From Histomonas meleagridis 2922-C6/04-290x (Eukaryota > Protista > Parabasalia), in NCBI GenBank assembly GCA_020184695.1, contig JAANOX010000116.1, positions 62,001 to 126,000 of the forward strand: DNA of 64,000 bases. Reading direction: 5' to 3'. Below the pieces are notes generated by a model. The model did not search any database. It saw nothing but the letters and a program-made list of their open reading frames with translations, and was not told the origin of the DNA. Made by a program: the position numbers and the translations under genes. Of this stretch, positions 1 to 10,860 are shown piece by piece; the stretch's first letter is position 1, and each line of letters begins with the position of its first letter.

Positions 1-3000
1 TTGTATGATTAAATTGGAATGATGCATAAGTAGCTGATATTAAATCTAATGCAGCTTTCTTAACTATGTTCTTTACGTCATCATTCATTAAGTTAATAAA
101 TGCTATGTTTAACATTAACCAATGTAATGTTGATGAATCAATTTTAACATATGATTGTGATTCAACATTTTTAATGATCTTAGAACGATTATATAAGTTT
201 AAGAAACTTTCTGCTAATGGCGAATTCTTTGTTATTGTTATACTATATACCATTTCTTTAGTAGAAAACCCAAATTCAACTAAATTAGAATTAGTTTGTG
301 ATAAATGTGGTTTAATCCGTGATTTAATTTCATCTAATAGTATAACTTTTAATGGAGTAATCTTATAATTACCTAATGTTTCTGTTTGCCCTGCAAATTG
401 GATTGAATGTGAATGTAATCGAACATTAGTTTCGATTGTATTAATTATAGCTTTATGGACTGAATCTGGTTGTGATAATCCTTCAATAACTTTTAATGGT
501 AATTTAGTTGATGGTGTACCTAATAATTCGGTATAATTATTGATTGAATTTATGAAATAATATTGCTTGTTTTTGTTTTGGATTAATGATGGAGCTGAAC
601 TAATCCATTTAATAAATGATAAAGGTGTTAATAAGAAAATATGTTTGGTTACTTTTTGTACTGGTTTCATTTTTGCTAAAATTGATATTTCATTTAATGA
701 TGGTACTTTATTTTCATCAAATCCATCTAATATATGTACTAATGTAATATTTTGATCATTTGAATTATGTAATTCTTTAATTATTAAATGTGAAACTATT
801 TTAATGTTTTTAACATTAATTAATTTATTATAAAAGATATAATATATTCCATTATTATCATTAGGTGATTTATGATCATCTTTAATTATAAAATCATTTA
901 ATTCTAAGATTTGATCTTCTGGGAATTCCATTGTTAATAACTTTTCTAATTGTGAATTATTATTATTATTACTATTATCTTCTTCTATTAAATTATTTTT
1001 ACTATTAGTTTTAGTTAAGTTTTTAGGTTCACCTAATGTTTGTATCTTTTGTATTAATCGTAGTCCTTGAATTTTAATTGGATTTGTATCTTCCATTTCA
1101 TTAATACCACTAGTTATTTGACTTAAAACAGAATATAATTCACTATGTAAAATTGAGATTTCTTCTTTTTCATCAAATTTCAATTTATTACTTGGTCGAT
1201 TTAATTCTGTTTGAACTATTTCTAAGAACATTTCTTTAAAGACTTTATTAGCTCTTTCTGCTATATCATTAAATACCATTAAATGTTTACCTTTTTGATT
1301 TAAATGCCCATGTAATGTAGCAGCCATTAATACTGTCGATACCATTAATAAAGCTGCTCTAGGCTTTGGAGGTAATACATCTGGTAATCCTACTAATTTA
1401 GGAACACTAAATGCTGGTAATAAAAATCGTAAGAACAAAAACCCACTTAATATTTGTATTGAGAAATCTCCATATTTTTCACTAACCTTTTGATATATCA
1501 TTTGTGATTCATATACTAAACTTTCAGGCATTGAATTACGTGCTGAAAGGATTTTATCAATACATTCATTTAATAAGTCTCTAAAGTTTTGTTGATTCTT
1601 TTCTAAGTTTTCTCCTGCTTCTAATTTATTTGGATCAATTTGATAACTAACACCATTTTTACATTTCTCAATAACTTCTTCAAATACTGGTCGTAATGTT
1701 TGTGTCATCCATTCAGTACCTACAATTTTAGGGAAATGTCCTACCGCACGTGCAGGTACTGCATTACCTCTAAATAATGTATTTTTACTTGCTTCATCTG
1801 ATGATTCTACTTCTACACTTATCATCTTCTCTAAGAATTCATATTCAACTTTCCGGATAATGGCTGATTCAACCATAGCTGCACCAAATATTTCTGCTCG
1901 ACTATAAGGTATACAACTACAGATGAATTCAACAAATTCCCAATTACCAGTAAATATGAAATCTATTAATGTATCATTAGTTTGTTCAGAAGTTTCATCC
2001 AAAATTTTTGCTTCTGGTACTTTAAAGACTGAAGCTACAGCTGATATAAATGCTGCTCGAACATTATCATTATTAGCAAATCCCATCGATATACAATGTT
2101 CAATACCAATACTTAAATTCTTTTTAAGTAAAGAAGCTAAAACTGGAATAATTTCAGATGCTATAGTTTGAGGTAAATCTAATCTATTCTTAATTGAAGC
2201 AAAATAAAATAAGAATTGTGAACTCGCTTGTTGTTCTGGTGTTTTAGGATCATTAGAATCAATACAATCGATTAATGATAAATTATCTAAAAGTAATGAT
2301 AATGCTTCATATATTAATGATTCATAATGTTTTGATGGATTATCTTTAGTAGGTAACCAACCAATGAAAGTTTTAGCTATTTGATGTTTAATTATAGGTT
2401 CAATATCTTTAGAATTCTTATTTAATAATTTGATTAATGAAATTATAGCTTGAACACAAGGTAATCGTAATATTTCTCCTTGAACTAATCCACAATATGA
2501 TACTATTCGTTTCATAAATGGTCCAAAAATATTAACTGCAATTAAATTAGGTGTCCATTGTTTTTGTTCTGCTAAACCTCGTACTACTTTTAATGCATTT
2601 TGTATAAATGTAGATGTAGAATGATTAACATCAAATGATCCATCTGGATGTTGAAATGCTGCTACCCAATTATTAATTAATCCCATAATAGGATTAAAAT
2701 CTTTCACTGAAAATGCAGTAGGGACTGCACTAGAAATACATGCACCTAAATCTCCATCATCATGTAAGATAATTTTCATTTGTTTAGATAACATATAAAA
2801 TTGTTGAAAAACTATTGTAAATAAAATAGATATTGTACCTATCCATTCTTCTTGTAACATTTCAATCGGATGTTGAACTTGTAATTGTGGTTGTTGTACT
2901 AATTCAATCTTTGGATTAATGGCTTTAGTTAATGCTAAGAAATATGGGAATAATGTATTAAATGCATTATCCATTGCTTCTCTTTCTTCATATATAACTT

Positions 3001-4939
3001 TCAAATGGATTTTTATCGAATTATCAGCTGTCTTTAATATCGGTACACGATGTGCTTCTGTTACAAGTGATTGATATTCAGAAACAGGTAAATTAAAATC
3101 AAGAAACATTTCAGATGAATGAACAATTTCTAATAATGATGAAAGTATTGAGACACCTTTTAATCGAATATCTTTATTAGAACTTGCTAAAAAGAGTATT
3201 GCATCATTCTCTAAATATGTTAATATCTTAAAAACTATAGTTTTGTTTTCTTTATCTTGAAATTGTTCATTTTGGAAATGTAATGTTAAGAACTCAGTGA
3301 TTTGTAATAATACTTCTGGAATAGAATGTGAAAAACTTGTTCTCCGATATAATGTAATCTTTTGATAAGTTTCATTTAAAAATTCTAAAATTTGTGATAC
3401 AATATCATAAAATGTTTGATTAGCTATAGTACTTTCAACATATTTCGAATCAAAGAAACATAAAAATGCATTTTGTGGTGTTAATGATTCTTCTTTTTGG
3501 ATAACTTTAAATAATAACTTTAATGTTTCTGGTTTTTGGAATATAATCATTCTAAAGAAATCAGGTGAAGCTTGAAATGCTATTAAAAGTTGTTGAATAC
3601 AAAAAATAGACTTTGAATCACTTGTAGTTCTCGAAATGATAGTTATTGTTGGTTCAATTAATGGTTGTAAGAAGTCTTTATCAATGTTTTGGAAAAATGA
3701 TATTTGCTTACAAATACGTCGAATCATTCTAGATAAATAAATACGCATTTCATATGATTTCTCATTAAAATATATTGGAATTAATTTGGTATTAAAGTCA
3801 TCCGGATGACGCCATAAACAATACATAGGGAAATCAATATGCGCCATTTGATTAAGTTCACTTTCTTTATATTCACGTTTTCCACTTGTATAATACTTGA
3901 GAAATGAATCATAAAAATGATCCATAAATTGACATAATGAATCATTACAATTGGAATAAACTGTGGCACGAAAACCTGTTAATAATGTGGCTATCGCAGT
4001 GTCTTTCTTAGAGCCTTTGATGTTTTTGATATTAACTAATCGGCCATGAAATGATTTCTTGTTACTAAAATCATATGTTCCAAGTTTGGATGGAATTAAC
4101 ATTTCTAATAAAAGTTGAGTGGGCCACGCAAAATAATTGCTCTTCTCATTCCAGGTGACAATAGTATCAATAATAGATTGGACACATGTAAGTTCTTCGC
4201 CCTTATTTAGGAAATCTACTAAAGCAACTATATCACGCTTAAATGCCATTAAAACAGTCTCTGTGATCATGTTACAGTAGGGTTGTCGAAAACTTTTAGG
4301 AACTTCGCCTAATTTGGTCGATATTGGCTCAAGTGAATAATGTAAATATTTGACACTATAGCTCATATGGATCCACGGCTTAAGCATTTGGTAGAGTTGC
4401 TTGGCTGATACATTGGAAACAAAGTCATGTTGAAGTTTTTGGAAAAATAAATTATAAACATTACGTGAATGTGACCCAAAGGAACCTAGAAAGGCTGAAA
4501 AGTGTGCATGAACAAAATATGTATTCCGACCAAAATCACTTGAAAGAATAATTGTTGATTGTTTTATGACTAATTCACATAGTTTTGGATCGGCAATTTC
4601 CTCTGCACCTGGTTCTTTGGTATTAATGCAGCTTGAGGCTATCCTATAATAGATACAAAGTTGATATAAAACATTAAAATCCCATGTTTTTTGCTTTTGT
4701 GACATTAGAATACTATCGGTCTTTTCAAGAAGTTGCTTTATGATTTCCCCAATCCATGCATTACTAAATTTATGTAAGAGTATGAGTTGTTTTTGATAAA
4801 ATTTCTCAACAAATTGTGATGGTAAAACTGGATCAGTATTTTGGGAAGCATGACTTATGGCATTTGTATCAATAGCTACTGTGAGTTCATCTATAACATT
4901 TTTTATTGCCTTTTCGGGGGTGAGGCTATTTTTTCCCAT
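1..4939 (-). CDS. Neurofibromin/IRA-like RasGAP, 3' end outside the window (absent from the ORF track because it has no stop in the window)
   Basis: Manual minus-strand translation from ATG at 4939 (MGKNSLTPKK...) gave an open frame in the stretches I read, continuing to base 1. It includes a RasGAP region (TLFRGN...WMTQTLRP...SGFLFLRFLLPAF, the FLR motif) followed by a Sec14/PH-like segment as in NF1. Confidence 0.78.
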   Translation of the reverse strand, partial: MGKNSLTPEKAIKNVIDELTVAIDTNAISHASQNTDPVLPSQFVEKFYQKQLILLHKFSNAWIGEIIKQLLEKTDSILMSQKQKTWDFNVLYQLCIYYRIASSCINTKEPGAEEIADPKLCELVIKQSTIILSSDFGRNTYFVHAHFSAFLGSFGSHSRNVYNLFFQKLQHDFVSNVSAKQLYQMLKPWIHMSYSVKYLHYSLEPISTKLGEVPKSFRQPYCNMITETVLMAFKRDIVALVDFLNKGEELTCVQSIIDTIVTWNEKSNYFAWPTQLLLEMLIPSKLGTYDFSNKKSFHGRLVNIKNIKGSKKDTAIATLLTGFRATVYSNCNDSLCQFMDHFYDSFLKYYTSGKREYKESELNQMAHIDFPMYCLWRHPDDFNTKLIPIYFNEKSYEMRIYLSRMIRRICKQISFFQNIDKDFLQPLIEPTITIISRTTSDSKSIFCIQQLLIAFQASPDFFRMIIFQKPETLKLLFKVIQKEESLTPQNAFLCFFDSKYVESTIANQTFYDIVSQILEFLNETYQKITLYRRTSFSHSIPEVLLQITEFLTLHFQNEQFQDKENKTIVFKILTYLENDAILFLASSNKDIRLKGVSILSSLLEIVHSSEMFLDFNLPVSEYQSLVTEAHRVPILKTADNSIKIHLKVIYEEREAMDNAFNTLFPYFLALTKAINPKIELVQQPQLQVQHPIEMLQEEWIGTISILFTIVFQQFYMLSKQMKIILHDDGDLGACISSAVPTAFSVKDFNPIMGLINNWVAAFQHPDGSFDVNHSTSTFIQNALKVVRGLAEQKQWTPNLIAVNIFGPFMKRIVSYCGLVQGEILRLPCVQAIISLIKLLNKNSKDIEPIIKHQIAKTFIGWLPTKDNPSKHYESLIYEALSLLLDNLSLIDCIDSNDPKTPEQQASSQFLFYFASIKNRLDLPQTIASEIIPVLASLLKKNLSIGIEHCISMGFANNDNVRAAFISAVASVFKVPEAKILDETSEQTNDTLIDFIFTGNWEFVEFICSCIPYSRAEIFGAAMVESAIIRKVEYEFLEKMISVEVESSDEASKNTLFRGNAVPARAVGHFPKIVGTEWMTQTLRPVFEEVIEKCKNGVSYQIDPNKLEAGENLEKNQQNFRDLLNECIDKILSARNSMPESLVYESQMIYQKVSEKYGDFSIQILSGFLFLRFLLPAFSVPKLVGLPDVLPPKPRAALLMVSTVLMAATLHGHLNQKGKHLMVFNDIAERANKVFKEMFLEIVQTELNRPSNKLKFDEKEEISILHSELYSVLSQITSGINEMEDTNPIKIQGLRLIQKIQTLGEPKNLTKTNSKNNLIEEDNSNNNNNSQLEKLLTMEFPEDQILELNDFIIKDDHKSPNDNNGIYYIFYNKLINVKNIKIVSHLIIKELHNSNDQNITLVHILDGFDENKVPSLNEISILAKMKPVQKVTKHIFLLTPLSFIKWISSAPSLIQNKNKQYYFINSINNYTELLGTPSTKLPLKVIEGLSQPDSVHKAIINTIETNVRLHSHSIQFAGQTETLGNYKITPLKVILLDEIKSRIKPHLSQTNSNLVEFGFSTKEMVYSITITKNSPLAESFLNLYNRSKIIKNVESQSYVKIDSSTLHWLMLNIAFINLMNDDVKNIVKKAALDLISATYASFQFNHT

Positions 4940-5537
4940 TGATATTTTATTACCGTTCAAAAAGTCAGTTTAAAAAGTGGCACTTGTCAATTAGCCGCTT
5001 ATGGTAGTATAAAACATTGAAATTGACTTTTGCTAAAATCCAAACCAGTGAAACACATTCAAACAAAGTTTCAGAATTTGAATTTAATACCGGTCTCTTT
5101 TAACGTTCTCGTTTTTTTTCATCTTTGTTATAAACATTTTGATCTTACTCAAAGAATTAGGTAGTGTTTAATATAAACATTAAGATTATATGAAATTTTC
5201 CTAAATTCAGAATTACTTATGAAATATCTAGTTGATAATTATCATTCTTCATTAATAATAGTTTTATTTTATCTTTTGTGTTAATGTGGTTTTTGATACA
5301 AAATCATTTTATATTTCTTATCGTTGTTTTTGCTAAGATATTAAATTTCAATTGATAAATCTATTTAGAAAACTTATTTAAGAAAAAATTCATATAAATA
5401 TTGTACTTTAACTTTATTAATTTTCTAAAAAAAAAATTATTTTCAACAATTTGATAAAATTTACACGGTGAAAACTATATGATAAATAATAATTATTTCT
5501 TGTAGAAAGAAAAAAAATATTTGAAATTTATTTACTT

Positions 5538-6799
5538 TTAATGAATTAAACATTTGTTTTTATTTTTTGATGCTTTTTCTTCTAACATTTTTTCCTCAAT
5601 TATTTTTACGATTTCATTGTTTTCATTTTCAGTAGCATACATAATTGCTGTTTTAAATAATACATTATAATTTTCAATTTGAAACATTAATTTACTTATA
5701 TAAATATCACTTACTCTTATATCTTCCTGTTCAAGAAGTAATTTAGCAATTTCAGTATTGTTTCGTGCACAAGCCCACATTAATGCTGTCCAAAATAATT
5801 TAGTTTAATTCCAATTTTTAATTTGAAACATAAAATTTAATAAAAATATTGAGAAAAATATAATTTAATATCAATCTTGTTTTGTTCAAGAAGTAATTTA
5901 ACAATTTCAAAATCACCTTTTTATCCTCAAATCATAAACGCTGTCCAAAATAATTGCTTTTTCATATGCACTTTTAAATGATGAATGATTTTGTTCACAT
6001 AAATGAATGATTTCTTCATTTCCACCTGCAACTGCATATTTACCTGTATTTTCTACATTTACATTATTCATAATCAAATATTTGAAACATTTAATTGAAC
6101 CAAAAAATGCTGCATAATCAATTAATGAAACATTTTCTTTGTTAATGAATGAACGTCTTTCATATAATGATGGTTCAATTGTTTGATTAAAATCAAAGTT
6201 ATTTTGTGAAGATATTTCTTGAAGTTTTTCGATTTCATCATTTCGAATTATTTTTGCAATTTCATTTGGATTAACTCATTCTTTAATTAATTTCTTATGA
6301 AGTTCCCAATCATTCTTTGAAAGTTCTTCATAATTTTTTATAAAAAAAATTCTTTTGGGTCGTATAGTTTAAATCTCATATTTTGAATTTTCTTTAAATG
6401 AGAAAAATGTATTGAATCATTTCTAATATAGCTTATATCAATGAAATTTAGTTCAATAAATTTTTGTATTAAATAGTTTGTTTCATTGACTTTATAATCT
6501 AGATAACTCAAAAGTTTAATGCCGAAAGTTTGAGAAACATTAATTTCATTTTGACCTTTATCTAATTCAGAAAGTAAACGAAAAAACAACACATCATCTG
6601 TATAATGTATTGTATAAAATATCAAAGCAATATGTAACACAGTATAATAATAAGAAAATAAATGCTTGTTGGGAGACATTTCTATGATAGATTTAACAAA
6701 TAGTTCAATATTTTCTTCATTCATATCAAAAATTAGTTTTTCCAGGGATACTAGAAAATCTATTATTTGTTTGCTATGTAATTTTTGAGATGGAGGCAT
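5538..6799 (-). pseudogene. DUF3447-type ankyrin gene copy, disrupted
   Basis: N-terminal ORF 6338..6799, frameshift in an A-run near 6341, core LIDYAAFFGSIKCFKYL...AVAGGNEEIIHLCEQ with GGA>TGA at 6276-6278, an internal deletion near 5950, then C-terminal ankyrin repeats (ORF 5538..5780). Confidence 0.75.
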
Positions 6800-8104
6800 G
6801 AATAATTCTGATGGAGAAAAAATTCAATATTTTTTCATTTTCAATATTTTGTAGTTGCAAACATTCCTTATAAGAATTTCTTATATAAGGTTTAAGTGTT
6901 ATTCGCACGTTAGCATAAAACACTTCACTTTTTGCCAACAGAACTTTGAAAGAGCATTAACTTTAATCTCCTTATTTTTTTTTTCCTTGGTGTTTAACTT
7001 AAACTTATTTTGTGGTTTGCAAGACAATTATTGTATATTAAAAAATTTTAATCCCAAATGAAATTCTTGTGTTGGTTATTAATACCCTAAAATTTTTCGG
7101 TTAAATCGTTTTCACATGTTAAAAATAAAAGAGAATTTGGAATGGCCAATTATTTCCAAAAACGATTGGGTTTTTCTTATATTGGTCAAATCATTGGTTT
7201 ATCGTCTTCTCATTGAAAAATTGAACGTTCTCAAATTATCTGATTTTTCATCTATTTATATGGGAGGTAATCAAAGTCAAGCAATCAATTATAATGAAAA
7301 TCTTCAAAACCTTCAGAACATTGAGAAAATTATTTTCGATTTAAACGAAAAAAACATCAATGAATCAGTAGAATCTTCATTATCCAACTTTCCAAAGGAA
7401 TCTGCATATTCATTCATATTTATTGTTTGCAGAATTGTATATTCATTTTTTGTTTCAAAAGGTCTTGAAAAATTATGTTTTGAGTATTTACAGACATTTG
7501 AAAGGAAATTAAAAGAAAATAGTAACATTTCATTCAACAAAGTAATTGATGTTTTTGCACAATTATTATTATCTATTAATAACCAAGAAACAAAATATCT
7601 TCTTGAAAGAATGGTTGAGAATAAAATGATAGATCAAAAAATTTGCACAAAGAAAAAACATCAATATTTTGCTCATTACATAGGCAGAGAAGGAAATGGA
7701 AATATGTTTGATTATGAACAAATATACCAAGATTTTATAAAGAATTATGAAGAACTTTCAAAGAATGATTGGGAACTTCATAAGAAATTAATTAAAGAAG
7801 GAGTTAATCCAAATGAAATTGCAAAAATAATTCGAAATGATGAAATCGAAAAACTTCAAGAAATATCTTCACAAAATAACTTTGATTTTAATCAAACAAT
7901 TGAACCATCATTATATGAAAGACGTTCATTCATTAACAAAGAAAATGTTTCATTAATTGATTATGCAGCATTTTTTGGTTCAATTAAATGTTTCAAATAT
8001 TTGATTATGAATAATGTAAATGTAGAAAATACAGGTAAATATGCAGTTGCAGGTGGAAATGAAGAAATCATTCATCATTTAAAAGTGCATATGAAACAGC
8101 AATT
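5951..8104. repeat. Inverted pair of near-identical ankyrin-core segments (~5951-6343 and ~7733-8104)
   Basis: The reverse complement of 5951-6343 matches 7733-8104 apart from a few substitutions and a 22-nt deletion in the plus copy. Confidence 0.9.
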
Positions 8105-8502
8105 GAATTCCATCGAAATGATATCTTTAAATATTTTTATGATAATAAAATTGTTGAAATTAATGACATCGAAGAATTAGGAAGATTATGCCTTCTATAT
8201 GATAATTATGAAATTTTATCGTTTTTGCAAGAAACTGGTATGAAGATCAATGAATTTATGATTATTAATTCAATTAAAACAAGTAATTTGTTTACTACAC
8301 AATATTTTCTTGAAAAAAATCCAATATCAATAAACTTTTTGAAGCTCACAACTATCTCTGGGAATGAAGAACTTTTAAACTTTCTTATTAATAACAAATA
8401 TATTAATTGTAGACAAGAAATTGTTTATTTATTTTTTTCGAAATCCTTTTGAAATTATTAATAATTCAATAAAACGTTTAAAATATATTTATAATTTTCG
8501 AA

Positions 8503-10210
8503 AAAGAACTATTAAATGCATCTGAAGCTGGTTATATTGTAATTGCCAAATTACTTCTTTTACAAAAAGAAATTGATGTTAATGCTAAAAATATTTTTTT
8601 GTTTTATTCGAGGTGTGTTTTAATGATTTGATATTTCAAAACAATATTAGGAAATTATATAAATTATTTAATACTGCGCTTATTTTGGCATCAGAAAGAG
8701 GAAATATAGAAATTGTTAAATTACTTCTTGAACAAAAAGGAATTGATATAAATACTCAAAATATTTAATTGTTTTATTTAAAATCTATTTTAATTTTTTT
8801 AATGATTTAATATAATATTTGGAAATTATTTATAATATTTGAAACATCATTAATGAAAGCATCAGGAAATGGGCATATAGAAATCGTTCAATTGCTTCTT
8901 GAACAAAAAGGAATTGATATTAATTCTAAAACTATTTCTTTCCTTTATATAATATTTCATTTATTAAATTTATATTTCAAAATAATATTTGGAAACCAAA
9001 TAAAATATTTAGAACAGCACTCATTTGTGCATCTGAAAGAGGTAACGTGGAAATTGTTAAATTACTTTTTGAAAAAGAAGGGATAGATATTAATGCTAAA
9101 ACTATTTATTTGTTTTATTTAAAATTTAAATTAATATTTTAAAATTTCCCAAAAATACTTGGAAATTATACAAATAACTTGAAACATCACTTATGTTTGC
9201 ATCTCGAAAGGGATATATTAATATTGTAAAAATGCTTCTTGAACAAAAAGGAATAGAAATTAATGCTAAAAATAATTGTTTGTTTTATTTAATATTTGCT
9301 TTTATAATTTGATATTTCAAAAATATTTTTGAAATTTATTCGAAATATTTGAAACAGCACTTATGAGGGCATCTCTTTATAGTAATCCAACAATGGTCAA
9401 ATTACTTCTTGAAAAAGAAGGAATTGATATTAATATTCAAAACATTGATTTGTTTTATTTAAAATTTATTTTAATAATTTAAAACATCAAAACAATATTT
9501 GGAAATTATTTATGATATTTTATACAGCACTTATTTTGGCATCAGAAAGAGGAAATATAGAAATCGTTCAATTGCTTCTTGAACAAAAAGGAATTGATAT
9601 TAATTCTAAAACTATTTCTTTCCTTTATATAATATTTCATTTATTAAATTTATATTTCAAAATAATATTTGGAAATTATATTAAATATTTAGAACAGCAC
9701 TCATTTATGCTACTTGTAATGGTCATTTAGAAATTGTTAAATTAATTCTTGAACAAGAGGTGGTAGATTTCAATTCTAAAGATATATATTTCTTTAATAT
9801 GAATTATATTTGATAAATTTAGTGTTTAAATATAATGTTTGGAAATTATTTAAAATATTCGATACAGCTCTTATGTTTGCATCTTCAAAAGATGACACAG
9901 AAATAGTTAAATTACTTCTTGAACAAGAAGGAATTGATATAAATGAGAAAAATATTTATTTGTTTTAGTTAATATTTACATTAATAATTTAATATTTCAA
10001 AATAATATTTGGAATATTTTTTATTTATTTGAAACAGCTTTGATTTTGGCTTCTAAAAATGGACAAACAAAAACAGTTAAATTACTTCTTAAGCACAAAG
10101 GAATCGATATTAATGCAAAAGATATTTATTTATTTTATTTTTATTTTATATAGGCAATTTGATGTTTTATTATTTTATTTGGAAATCATTAGAAATATTT
10201 TATACATCAT
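8503..10210 (+). repeat. Tandem array of 170-nt units (90-nt ankyrin block + 80-nt AT-rich spacer)
   Basis: Thr codons of the TAL/TSL motif start at 8673, 8844, 9014, 9184, 9354, 9524, 9694, 9864, 10034 and 10204. Confidence 0.95.
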
Positions 10211-10860
10211 ATAATTAAACTTAAGGAAGGTTTTGTTTGTAAATATTGTAAAACTTATTGGACTTCTGATTCTAAAGGTTTACATAATCATTGTAAAAAG
10301 AATCATGCATTAAATACTATTGAAGGTACAAATTTACCGTATTATAGAATTAAATGTTGTCCTTTAATGTATTTAAATTTTAATGAAACAGAATTAGAAG
10401 TAATTAAAAAAGATATTAAAGATTATGAAGATAAAGTGTTTATGAGTAGAACAATCACAGAAAGAGAAAGATTAGCGGTCAGAGAAATTCCTTTCATTTT
10501 AAATAACGAACAAACAAATGCTATGGAACAAAGACAAAGAAGAGAAGAAAATGACCGTATTGATTTCAATAGAGATTTACAATTACAAGCGATTCAAAAT
10601 TCCCGAACATTATATTCTACTCTTCCAGATCAAATACCTCTTCCAGTAAATTTAAATTTAATTAATAATGAATTTGATTTAAATAAAATTAAAAATTTAA
10701 ATAGAGACCAATTATTAATTTTAGCTAGGAAATGGACTTCTGATAATCAAGAACAAGAATCTCAATTTATATCATTGCCTAAAACTTGGGGTAAAAATAA
10801 ATTTAAAATTAGAGCTAAATTACCAGATTTATTTAAATATAAAATTGAACCTTTAATAGA
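10211..10860 (+). other. 650-bp foreign coding fragment with a C2H2-like zinc finger, inserted in the ankyrin array
   Basis: Open frame throughout (IIKLKEGFVCKYCKTYWTSDSKGLHNHCKKNH...). Ankyrin homology stops at 10210 and resumes at 10861 (aatgctaaaaat). Confidence 0.75.

Noticed and set aside
7116-7259. Upstream starts given by the ORF track (7116, 15835, 17205, 29716, 39481, 40452, 47251)
   Set aside because: These are TTG/alternative or upstream starts lying in promoter sequence. Downstream ATGs fit homology or motif context better.
8584-8674. Antisense GT-AG intron (sense CT of GCT/TCT ... AC of ACA)
   Set aside because: It spans 90 nt and would leave 80 nt, out of frame. The CT is absent in 3 of 10 units and is explained by Ala/Ser/Thr codon usage.
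8593-10203. Stop-codon reassignment or simple -1 frameshifting as the explanation for the spacers
   Set aside because: TAA, TAG and TGA all terminate normal genes in this window. The problem is a frame offset, and 6 of 10 spacers have stops in the -1 frame as well.
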